Shown piece after piece: positions 1-6,414 of a DNA stretch of 31,353 nt. A program made the position numbers and the translations under genes. The notes under the pieces are model-generated. The model was not told where the DNA came from. It did not search any database and saw only the letters and a program-made list of their open reading frames with translations. Each line of letters starts with the position of its first letter. Position 1 is the stretch's first letter. This stretch comes from a virus: the IMG/VR virus record IMGVR_UViG_3300031920_000321, positions 1 to 31,353 of that record; one strand, 5' to 3'.

Positions 1-55
1 CTACCCACTGGATTTTTATCGGGAGTTTCTTTTGAATTTTTATCTGGTGTTTTTT
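1..55. repeat. Terminal overlap identical to 31299-31353. The contig is circularly closed (31,298 unique bp) or carries a 55-bp direct terminal repeat
   Basis: Base-by-base comparison shows 1-55 equals 31299-31353. A minus-strand ORF reads continuously across the junction. Confidence 0.9.
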
Positions 56-65
56 CTATTGTCAT
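1..65 (-). CDS. 5' part (ATG at 65..63) of the wrap-around truncated TerS-like HTH paralogue; it continues at 31298..31004 (119 aa in total)
   Basis: Reverse complement of 1-65 reads MTIEKTPDKNSKETPDKNPVGR and joins in frame to GRPSGLTPEF at the window end. The N-terminal peptide is almost identical to that of the 190-aa TerS (29667..30239). Confidence 0.6.
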   Translation of the reverse strand, partial: MTIEKTPDKNSKETPDKNPVG

Positions 66-78
66 ATATATTAAATTA

Positions 79-474
79 TTATGCTTCAGCAATAGTAACA
101 TTTTTACTGCCTGATGTAGAGATACCATTAATTGCACCAATGAAAAAGTTAGCTGAATCTATTTCATATGAACCTCCATTGGCATTTATTCTTATTCCTT
201 TATGTAATACTGCAGCAACACCAAGTGCAAGGTATATTGTTTCATTGCTATCGTTTACTACTAATGCATATACTCTGTTTGCATTTGCAGCAAGTATTTC
301 TGTTGACGCTGCACCAATAGCAATAGCATCGCTAACAGTAGATGTTGCAAAAGATCTACCAAGTATGCTAACATCAAGAGCTCTTTTATCGTTTTCTAAA
401 TCTGTTGCTGTAATTTGTTTAAGTTCACCTGTTTTAGTATCTTTTCCATATATTCGTATGTTTGTAAAAGACAT
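79..474 (-). CDS. Hypothetical protein (131 aa, beta-rich, possibly structural)
   Basis: ATG-initiated ORF with non-repetitive Gly/Ala/Ile/Asn-rich composition. It is the first gene downstream of the promoter-like motif at 655-683. No family recognised. The overlapping + ORF 32..487 is judged spurious. Confidence 0.6.
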   Translation of the reverse strand: MSFTNIRIYGKDTKTGELKQITATDLENDKRALDVSILGRSFATSTVSDAIAIGAASTEILAANANRVYALVVNDSNETIYLALGVAAVLHKGIRINANGGSYEIDSANFFIGAINGISTSGSKNVTIAEA

Positions 475-654
475 ATACGTAAGTTAATTTTTTAATATTA
501 TTTAATTTTTTTGTTACAACTTTTCCAGTCTGAAAGTTTATAGTAGTGACATAGCTATAACTTTTCTTAAGTCTCCTGTATCTTTTTCCTTGACTATCAA
601 AAATATCATTATATCTATTATCGTATTTACAGCTTTATTATTGTTTCTATTCTT

Positions 655-683
655 ATTATAGCATTATTTTTTGACATTGCCTA
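655..683 (-). promoter_or_regulatory. Conserved 29-nt promoter-like motif, copy 1 (minus strand: TAGGCA-N17-TATAAT)
   Basis: Plus-strand ATTATA GCATTATTTTTTGACAT TGCCTA aligns with copies at 1565-1593 and 30852-30880. The conserved block is exactly hexamer-17-hexamer on the minus strand. It lies upstream of the 131-aa ORF. The plus strand also reads TTGACA(671-676)-N17-TTTAAT(694-699). Confidence 0.4.
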
Positions 684-879
684 TTGATAAATATTTAATT
701 CTTCTTATCTTTATTGTTTTCAGCTATTGTACGACCGATCTTATTTAGAGTGGCATTGATTAAGTACATGGAAGAAACAAACTACGAAAACCAAGATTAC
801 TAATTCTGTCATATATTTATTGTTAATGATTATCTAATTTTATGTTAATTTATTTAGTTTGATTATTTATAAAAGTTTA

Positions 880-1310
880 TATTTGCGCTCTGAGAGGCAC
901 AAAGTTCTTCAAAAGCCTGTCTATTGTTATAGAGTAGTCTCTCTGACTAGGTCCTATGTTTCCATTGTCTCTTGGTAGGATACTATCTGCTTCTTCCCAG
1001 AGTCCATTACTGAACTTCCGTTAGATATTACCTCGTTGATGAGGGTATGGGATAATCTTATTCCTTAAGCAGAATTAGTCTTAAAGAAATAAGTAGTCTG
1101 TTTGGATTACGGTTATTCATTGGCAACTTTTGCCCTCCGCTTCGGCGGTGGATATATTGGCTTCCACCCAGCAATCCTATCGTATCATCCTATCTTGCGA
1201 CAGCTCATCTTTCGATGATTTACTAATACGACCAGTCCATAGAATTTAACAGGCATCTAGTAGAGGCTTCTATAGTTCGCCTGACCGTATCCACTAGGTT
1301 TTTGTTTGTT
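880..1310. ncRNA. Candidate large structured non-coding RNA of unknown class; strand unresolved
   Basis: No ORF of 60 aa or more on either strand. GC content is much higher than in the flanks (29 G+C in 1141-1200 versus 10 in 601-660, hand counted). Several compact hairpins are present. These are TAGTC-TCTCT-GACTA (935-949), GGCA-ACTTT-TGCC (1122-1134) and CCUCCGC-UUCG-GCGGUGG (1134-1151, a C(UUCG)G tetraloop on +). A fourth, TCATC-TTTC-GATGA (1205-1218), gives a GAAA tetraloop on the minus strand. Confidence 0.35.
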
Positions 1311-1314
1311 CAAT

Positions 1315-1437
1315 AAAAAAACTCTTTATTCGATTTTGGCTTTGATAGTGAAACGCAACCAGATGTTTCATTAACCAAAACCGAATAAAAAGTTCTTTCT
1401 GGTTGCTTTGTATAGTCGCTATCAAACGATGTTTTTT
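1315..1437. terminator. Two overlapping, mutually exclusive long hairpins flanked by A7 and T6 runs; candidate back-to-back intrinsic terminators or an RNA switch
   Basis: Fold 1 pairs 1325-1339 with 1375-1389 (15 positions; the one mismatch becomes G-U on the minus strand). It has an inner stem TGAAAC/GTTTCA (1349-1354/1365-1370) and is preceded on + by A7 (1315-1321), which is U7 after the hairpin on the minus strand. Fold 2 pairs 1341-1351 with 1416-1426 (11 bp, one G-U on +) and 1355-1362 with 1399-1406 (8 bp perfect). It is followed by T6 (1432-1437). Confidence 0.4.
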
Positions 1438-1564
1438 CATTTCTATATATTCATTATACTTATAAATAAAAATCTGTCAAGTTTTATAAATATACTTCAA
1501 TAAACATTGAAAATATTTATTGAGATGATTTACAAAAAGATATACCAAATCTTTTATTACTTAT

Positions 1565-1593
1565 AGTATAGACTTTTTTTTTGACCTTGGCAA
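1565..1593 (-). promoter_or_regulatory. Conserved 29-nt promoter-like motif, copy 2 (minus strand: TTGCCA-N17-TATACT)
   Basis: Plus-strand AGTATA GACTTTTTTTTTGACCT TGGCAA aligns with the other two copies. It points leftward into the hairpin complex and the GC-rich block. Confidence 0.4.
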
Positions 1594-1689
1594 GTGTTCT
1601 AAATAATAAACATTTATTAAAATAAAGTTATCCACAGTTGTGTTATTTAATGGCTTGTTTAAGGCATTATCAGTAGTATGCAAAAGGGG

Positions 1690-1718
1690 TTGACAGTGTT
1701 TTTAATACCTGATATACT
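1690..1718 (+). promoter_or_regulatory. Sigma70-like promoter of the plus-strand operon
   Basis: TTGACA (1690-1695), a 17-nt spacer ending in TGa (extended -10), then TATACT (1713-1718). It sits about 58 nt upstream of the first plus-strand ORF (1776). Confidence 0.55.
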
Positions 1719-1775
1719 AATGGTGTAAGTATAGTTTAATTAAAATAATAATAATTCCTAGGAAGGTAAACTAAT

Positions 1776-1922
1776 ATGAAAAAAACAATTAAAATATTTT
1801 TCACAGATGAAACTTTGCATTTGAAATTCAAAATAAAATGCACTGAAGATCAAATAGGTATGAGCGATAAAATTAAAGAACTCATAACAGAATATGTTAA
1901 TAGAAAAAGAATTAAAAAATAA
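1776..1922 (+). CDS. Small ribbon-helix-helix-like (CopG/Arc-type) protein, 48 aa
   Basis: Hand translation gives MKKTIKIFFTDETLHLKFKIKCTEDQIGMSDKIKELITEYVNRKRIKK. The pattern is beta-strand then two helices. GGAAGG lies 10 nt upstream of the ATG. It is the first gene after the strong promoter. It is below the ORF-track size cut-off. Confidence 0.45.
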   Translation: MKKTIKIFFTDETLHLKFKIKCTEDQIGMSDKIKELITEYVNRKRIKK

Positions 1923-1932
1923 ATAAATTAGT

Positions 1933-2808
1933 ATGATACTAAAAAAGATTAAAAAAAAGATCTTACAAAAATTATGGATTTGGTGGATAAACGAAGATGA
2001 TGGCTGGAATTTAAGGGGCACAGGAAAACTTGAAGAAATAGAAAAATATCTTTTTCCTAATATGACATTAAAACAAATTAAAACAGGAGACAATTTACTT
2101 TTGACTGGCAATAAAGGTTACATCGGAAAATATCTACAGGAAAGATTACAGCGTGATGGTATTGATAAAGTTGATGGCTACGATGCATGTGATATTAAAG
2201 AAAAAACAAATTTGATTTATCATCTCGCCGCTCAAACATCTGTTCAGAAATCTTTTGAAAATCCAGAACAAGATTTAAGAGACAATGTTCTATCAACTAT
2301 AAATGTATTAAAATATTGTAATAAAATAATTTTTACTTCAAGTGCCGTTGTTTATGGAGATAGACTCAACGCCAAAGAAACAGATCCAACAAATCCACAA
2401 AGTCCTTATGCCATTAGCAAACTAGCTGCAGAACAATATATTATAAATTCAGGAATTGATTATGTTATATTAAGATTAGGAAATGTTTATGGCAGAAAAA
2501 ACAATAAAGGAGTCTTTAAGGCATTAAGAGAAGATGGACTAATAAACGGAAACGGAGAAAATACTAGAGATTATGTTTATATAGATAATGTTGTTGACGC
2601 ATTAATATCGGCAAAAGATTGGGATAATGGAATTTATAATATTGGCACAGGAATTGCGACTTCCGTAAATACAATTGCTAATATATTAGGCGTAAAAAAG
2701 AATTACACTAATGCAGTCAAAGAACAAAAATATATTAGCTTAGATATAACGAAGGCAAGAGAACAAAATTTTAATCCAGCATCTTTACAAAACAATTATG
2801 ATAACTAA
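1933..2808 (+). CDS. NAD-dependent nucleotide-sugar epimerase/dehydratase (extended SDR family)
   Basis: Rossmann motif LLTGNKGYIGKYL and catalytic YxxxK (YAISKLAAE), with an overall SDR layout. The true start may be the internal ATG at 2062 (MTLKQIK...). Confidence 0.8.
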   Translation: MILKKIKKKILQKLWIWWINEDDGWNLRGTGKLEEIEKYLFPNMTLKQIKTGDNLLLTGNKGYIGKYLQERLQRDGIDKVDGYDACDIKEKTNLIYHLAAQTSVQKSFENPEQDLRDNVLSTINVLKYCNKIIFTSSAVVYGDRLNAKETDPTNPQSPYAISKLAAEQYIINSGIDYVILRLGNVYGRKNNKGVFKALREDGLINGNGENTRDYVYIDNVVDALISAKDWDNGIYNIGTGIATSVNTIANILGVKKNYTNAVKEQKYISLDITKAREQNFNPASLQNNYDN

Positions 2809-3391
2809 TTGGCAAAAAGCACAAAAATGGGAAAAGGAATGGCATTTTTCTTCCCAATTTAATCTTTATAACGAAGAAACAAAACAATATATCTATGCTT
2901 CTAAAATGGGGTTGGATAGATATAAGACAAATTATTTTAATCAAATTGGTTGGGACTTTGGTGATAAAAAAGTAATAGACATTGGTGGTGGAGAACAATC
3001 AATCTTGTTAAAGTCAAAAGCAAAAGAAAGAGTTGTTATTGATCCATTGCCTTATGCTAGGTGGATAAATATAAGATATATTGAGGCAGGAATAGAATTT
3101 AAACAAATAAAAGCAGAAGAATTAACTGTTGGGAAATATGACATAGCATTGATTTATAATGTATTGCAACATACTGAAGATCCTGCAAAGATTATAGAGA
3201 ATGTTAAAAAAATAAGTAAAGAAATCCATATCTTTGAATGGGTAGATACAGGAATATCAGAAGGACATATTCATAATTTGACAGAAGTAAAATTAAACGA
3301 CTGGTTAAACGGAGAAGGAAAAGTTGAAAATATTAATCAATATCCGTGTGTAAGCAAGGCTTATTATGGAATATTTAAAGGAAAAATATGA
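2798..3391 (+). CDS. Class I SAM-dependent methyltransferase
   Basis: Motif I VIDIGGGEQS and a later DIALIYNVLQHTEDP segment. It overlaps the previous stop and the next start (ATGA at 3388-3391). Confidence 0.7.
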   Translation: MITNWQKAQKWEKEWHFSSQFNLYNEETKQYIYASKMGLDRYKTNYFNQIGWDFGDKKVIDIGGGEQSILLKSKAKERVVIDPLPYARWINIRYIEAGIEFKQIKAEELTVGKYDIALIYNVLQHTEDPAKIIENVKKISKEIHIFEWVDTGISEGHIHNLTEVKLNDWLNGEGKVENINQYPCVSKAYYGIFKGKI

Positions 3392-4587
3392 AAAAATTTA
3401 GATTTCATTTACTCTCATTAGTTCATCTTCCACAAAGCACAGAATATATGTCTTGTGCTTTTACCCAGAAAAATCTTAAACTTTCGAAGATGTTAACTTC
3501 ACTCGGTCATACAGTTTACTTTTATGGTAGTGAAGGAAGTAATGTTGCAGAATATTGCAATAGCAAAAATTTAAAATTTATTGAAACACATAAATTAACT
3601 GACATCAGAAAAGATTATGGAACTGGAGATAATAGATTTGAAATAGGTTATGATTGGCATAGTACTGATTTCAAACACGACTTCAATTCTAAAAGAAATT
3701 TATCAACTCTGAAATATTATGCTAAATGTATTGAGCATATAAATAAAATTAAAAAACCTGATGATTTTCTTCTATGCACACAAGGATCATATTTACGACC
3801 GATTGCAGACGCTGTTAAGTTATATTTGACTTGCGAACCAGGTGTAGGATACAGAGGAAGCTATATGAAGTTTAGAGCATTTGAAAGTAGCTATATTCAG
3901 AATTTTACATACGGTTCAGAACATCCAAGACAATGCTCAAATGGTAATTTCTATGACAGGGTAATTCCAAATTATTTTGATCCAGATGACATAACATATT
4001 CTGATAAAAAAGAAGATTATTATTTCTTTATCGGTAGAATGATTAGTAGAAAAGGAATTATGATTGCATATAAAGCCTGCAAAGCAATCGGAAAGAAACT
4101 TATAATTGCGGGGCAAGGCGGAATTATTCAAGCAGATGGAAGTTTAGTTGGTCAATACAATGATTTTAGAATGCCAAAAGGAAATTGGGAATATGTCGGA
4201 TTTGTAAATGTTGAGCAACGGAAAAAACTAATGTCTAAAGCAATAGCAACATTTGTTCCGACTGTATATTTAGAATGTTTTGCTGGAACACATATTGAAA
4301 GTATGTTAGCAGGAACTCCTCCTATTACTACTGATTTCGGAGTTTTCCCAGGAACTATTCCAAATATATTAAATGGTAGAATAGGATTTAGATGTAATAC
4401 TCTTCAGGACTTTGTAGATGCTGCGAAGAAAGCACAAGATGTAAATCATATAGAAGTACGAAAATATGGAGAAAGATTCTTAATGGATAATGTAAAATTA
4501 GAATTTCAAAAATGGTTTGAAGATTTAATGAATGTTTATGAAAGTGTTGTAGATACAAAAAAGAAAGGTTGGCATAATATTAAATAA
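3388..4587 (+). CDS. GT-B fold glycosyltransferase (GT4/GT1-like)
   Basis: C-terminal domain motifs FFIGRMISRKGI...LIIAG and an E-x7-E-like LECFAGTHIESMLAGTPPITTDFG. Confidence 0.75.
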   Translation: MKKFRFHLLSLVHLPQSTEYMSCAFTQKNLKLSKMLTSLGHTVYFYGSEGSNVAEYCNSKNLKFIETHKLTDIRKDYGTGDNRFEIGYDWHSTDFKHDFNSKRNLSTLKYYAKCIEHINKIKKPDDFLLCTQGSYLRPIADAVKLYLTCEPGVGYRGSYMKFRAFESSYIQNFTYGSEHPRQCSNGNFYDRVIPNYFDPDDITYSDKKEDYYFFIGRMISRKGIMIAYKACKAIGKKLIIAGQGGIIQADGSLVGQYNDFRMPKGNWEYVGFVNVEQRKKLMSKAIATFVPTVYLECFAGTHIESMLAGTPPITTDFGVFPGTIPNILNGRIGFRCNTLQDFVDAAKKAQDVNHIEVRKYGERFLMDNVKLEFQKWFEDLMNVYESVVDTKKKGWHNIK

Positions 4588-4607
4588 AAGTCGACAAATT
4601 TAACCAA
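4581..4607 (+). repeat. Left copy of a 27-nt direct repeat bracketing the HNH gene
   Basis: TAAATAAAAGTCGACAAATTTAACCAA matches TAAATAAAAGTCGAAAAATTTAATCAA at 5152-5178 in 25 of 27 positions. Each copy begins at or overlaps the stop codon of the preceding gene. Confidence 0.85.
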
Positions 4608-4680
4608 AAAAATTAACAAAAAATAATATTACTTAACCAAAATGTTTTTAAAACAGGTTTAAATTATTAACCTGTTTAAT

Positions 4681-5154
4681 ATGAACATAAAAAATAATGG
4701 GGAGAAAAAGTTTAAAATCTGTATGAAATGTAAATGTAAGAAAGTCGCCGATTTAATAAATTTTAAATCACACAAAGAAACGAAAGACGGATTATCAAGC
4801 TGGTGTAGAAAGTGTAAGCAGAAAACAGATAGAATATATAGTAGAAAATATAGATTAGAACATCCTGAATGGAAGAAAATGGACAATAAAAGGAATTTAC
4901 CATTGCAAAAAAAATTAATAAAAGAATATCAAAAGAAATTTCCAGAAAGAGTAAGTGCAAATGCAAAAGCGGGTAGGGCAAAAAGAAGCGGTAAACTCAA
5001 ACAAGAATGTTGTATTGTCTGCGGTTCTGAAAAAAGTGTAATGCATCATTCCGACTATACTAAACCTTGTGAAGTTGTTTGGTTGTGTCATTTACATCAC
5101 AAACAACTTCACGCAGGAATTATTGTCTTGGAAAAAATACAACAACAAGTTTAA
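4681..5154 (+). CDS. HNH endonuclease with an N-terminal Cys-rich zinc-finger region
   Basis: C-terminal CIVCGS...HHSDYTKP...VWLCHLHHKQLH (HNH/CCHH pattern). N-terminal CMKCKC...DGLSSWCRKCK. Confidence 0.7.
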   Translation: MNIKNNGEKKFKICMKCKCKKVADLINFKSHKETKDGLSSWCRKCKQKTDRIYSRKYRLEHPEWKKMDNKRNLPLQKKLIKEYQKKFPERVSANAKAGRAKRSGKLKQECCIVCGSEKSVMHHSDYTKPCEVVWLCHLHHKQLHAGIIVLEKIQQQV

Positions 5155-5178
5155 ATAAAAGTCGAAAAATTTAATCAA
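5152..5178 (+). repeat. Right copy of the 27-nt direct repeat bracketing the HNH gene
   Basis: See 4581-4607. Confidence 0.85.
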
Positions 5179-5192
5179 TCTTAACAATAAAT

Positions 5193-5300
5193 ATGAATAT
5201 CTTATGCTTGATTGGACTACATAAATGGAAAATGACAAAAACTTTTTTACTGTGGAGATGCGAAAGTTGTGGAAAGGAAAAAGAAGATATTTGGTTTTAA
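5193..5300 (+). CDS. Small Cys/His zinc-ribbon-like protein, 35 aa
   Basis: Hand translation gives MNILCLIGLHKWKMTKTFLLWRCESCGKEKEDIWF. The C..G.HKW ... C..CG pattern is reminiscent of small prophage proteins. Below the ORF-track cut-off. Confidence 0.4.
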   Translation: MNILCLIGLHKWKMTKTFLLWRCESCGKEKEDIWF

Positions 5301-5321
5301 TCAATCACTAATAAAAAAATT

Positions 5322-5438
5322 ATGACTAAAGAAGAATACACCGAAGCAACATACGAAAAAGTCATGGAGTTGCTTACAAAAATAGATAAGGAAATGTTGA
5401 CGAAAGATGAGTTCAAAAAAAGGAATCGATATAATTGA
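5322..5438 (+). CDS. Small hypothetical protein, 38 aa
   Basis: Hand translation gives MTKEEYTEATYEKVMELLTKIDKEMLTKDEFKKRNRYN. It fills an otherwise empty gap. It is preceded by the same TTTAATCAATC motif found before the 5193 ORF. Confidence 0.3.
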   Translation: MTKEEYTEATYEKVMELLTKIDKEMLTKDEFKKRNRYN

Positions 5439-5475
5439 TCAACAGATTATTATGAAAAAAATATAAGTTGATAAA

Positions 5476-5507
5476 GCCAGAATCGTCAATATTTGAGCGA
5501 TTCTGGC
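5476..5507. other. Perfect 10-bp inverted repeat with a 12-nt loop
   Basis: GCCAGAATCG (5476-5485) pairs with CGATTCTGGC (5498-5507). It is unusually GC-rich for this region. No adjacent T-run. Confidence 0.6.
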
Positions 5508-5555
5508 GAATTAAACAGTGTCAGAATAGTATTAACTATTTTAATAAACGATAAT

Positions 5556-5714
5556 ATGAAAACACAAGAAAACAAATATGAAATACTAATAAAAGTTGGA
5601 CCATATAATGCAGAAATGGTTGTAATTAAAGCATGGTCAGAGGCTGAAGCACTAAAAAAAGCAGAAAAACGATACCCTGCTTCTTATAAAGTACTTTCTA
5701 CTAAACTTAATTAA
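5556..5714 (+). CDS. Hypothetical protein (52 aa from the ATG at 5556)
   Basis: The tracked ORF 5493..5714 starts at a TTG inside the inverted repeat, so the internal ATG (MKTQENKYEIL...) is preferred. No family recognised. Confidence 0.45.
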   Translation: MKTQENKYEILIKVGPYNAEMVVIKAWSEAEALKKAEKRYPASYKVLSTKLN

Positions 5715-5729
5715 ATTAACAAAAAATAT

Positions 5730-6128
5730 ATGCACATAATAGATATTATTGTCGTAATAACTCTAATAACATTAACAATTACTACGGCAGTACAACTAGA
5801 AGAAAATAAAGAATTAAGAAACTCAATAGCCACTCAACCAGAAATAGTTAAAATTGTGAATGAAGAAATTTCTTTTACAGACTCAATTCAATATAAATCT
5901 ATACAAGATGAATTAAAAACAAAGAATAAAATTATTGAACTTGATAATAAGATATTTGTTCAGCATCAAAAAGAACTTGAATATTATGGTGATTACATTG
6001 TAGCTATTCTCAAAGGAAATGATCGTGATAAAAGATTGCTACGAAAAGAAGTTTTAAAAGCTGGTGAAGAAATACAAGAAATACAAAAAGAATTAGATAA
6101 ATTAACTAATCTTAGAAAGGAATTATAA
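5730..6128 (+). CDS. N-terminally membrane-anchored coiled-coil protein
   Basis: Hydrophobic N-terminus IIDIIVVITLITLTITTAV followed by a charged, heptad-like sequence. Confidence 0.55.
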   Translation: MHIIDIIVVITLITLTITTAVQLEENKELRNSIATQPEIVKIVNEEISFTDSIQYKSIQDELKTKNKIIELDNKIFVQHQKELEYYGDYIVAILKGNDRDKRLLRKEVLKAGEEIQEIQKELDKLTNLRKEL

Positions 6129-6129
6129 T

Positions 6130-6414
6130 ATGTCAAATAAAAACGCATTTGATGAAAATCTACGTAAATTAGAAGAAGAATCTGATAGACGAATGGACTT
6201 ATACTTTGACAAACAATTACTGATAAATGTTAAAAAACAAGATAATTCAATTAAACAAGCGATTAATGATCTTGTTTATGAACTCAACTCATTTGTCACA
6301 GATGCTTTCTATTTAGTTCAAATTATTATACTTGTAGCAATACTTATTATTGTTTGCATTGTCATTCCAGTTATATTGGTATTGTTTATTTTTCCCCAAT
6401 TAACTCATCAATAG
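6130..6414 (+). CDS. C-terminally membrane-anchored (tail-anchored) coiled-coil protein
   Basis: Charged N-terminal half, then FYLVQIIILVAILIIVCIVIPVILVLFIF. The start lies 1 nt after the previous stop. Its 3' end overlaps the convergent 586-aa ORF by 29 nt. Confidence 0.55.
   Translation: MSNKNAFDENLRKLEEESDRRMDLYFDKQLLINVKKQDNSIKQAINDLVYELNSFVTDAFYLVQIIILVAILIIVCIVIPVILVLFIFPQLTHQ

Noticed and set aside
32-487. 151-aa plus-strand ORF overlapping the 131-aa minus-strand ORF
   Set aside because: It has low-complexity hydrophobic composition (Leu/Ile/Ser/Ala) and lies antisense to a better-looking ORF. No upstream plus-strand gene context. Judged a shadow ORF.
880-1310. Group I intron hypothesis: the minus strand contains CAGACTAC (reverse complement of 1093-1100) and CCTAGTC (reverse complement of 945-951), resembling R/S core elements able to form a P7-like GACUA/UAGUC pairing
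   Set aside because: No flanking exons exist: stops occur in all frames on both sides, and no interrupted gene or tRNA is present. I could not build P3-P8 by hand. Kept only as one model to test in a covariance scan.
1294-1440. 48-aa minus-strand ORF (MKKHRL...EQTKT)
   Set aside because: Not called as a gene. It coincides with extensive self-complementary sequence, and a U7 terminator-like tract lies inside its 3' end. It could still be real and is noted in the hairpin finding.
1497-1523. 8-bp inverted repeat TCAATAAA-N11-TTTATTGA as a possible operator
   Set aside because: It is a pure A/T palindrome in a very AT-rich stretch, so it is likely to arise by chance. No second copy was seen.
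1758-2111. 117-aa minus-strand ORF overlapping the RHH-like ORF and the epimerase start
   Set aside because: It is a Phe/Ile/Ser-rich AT-driven ORF running against the operon direction. It is incompatible with the promoter plus RHH plus SDR arrangement.
3388-3391. Possibility of an alternative genetic code (TGA reassignment), prompted by the tRNA-Trp gene and low GC
   Set aside because: TGA serves as a stop in the ATGA overlap here, and all long ORFs are intact under the standard code. The tRNA anticodon is CCA, not UCA.
2771-5304. Minus-strand ORFs 2771..2998, 3937..4131, 4659..4886, 4763..4981 and 5092..5304
   Set aside because: They are short Phe/Ile/Leu-rich antisense ORFs typical of AT-rich DNA. 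Each overlaps a plus-strand gene with clear enzyme motifs.
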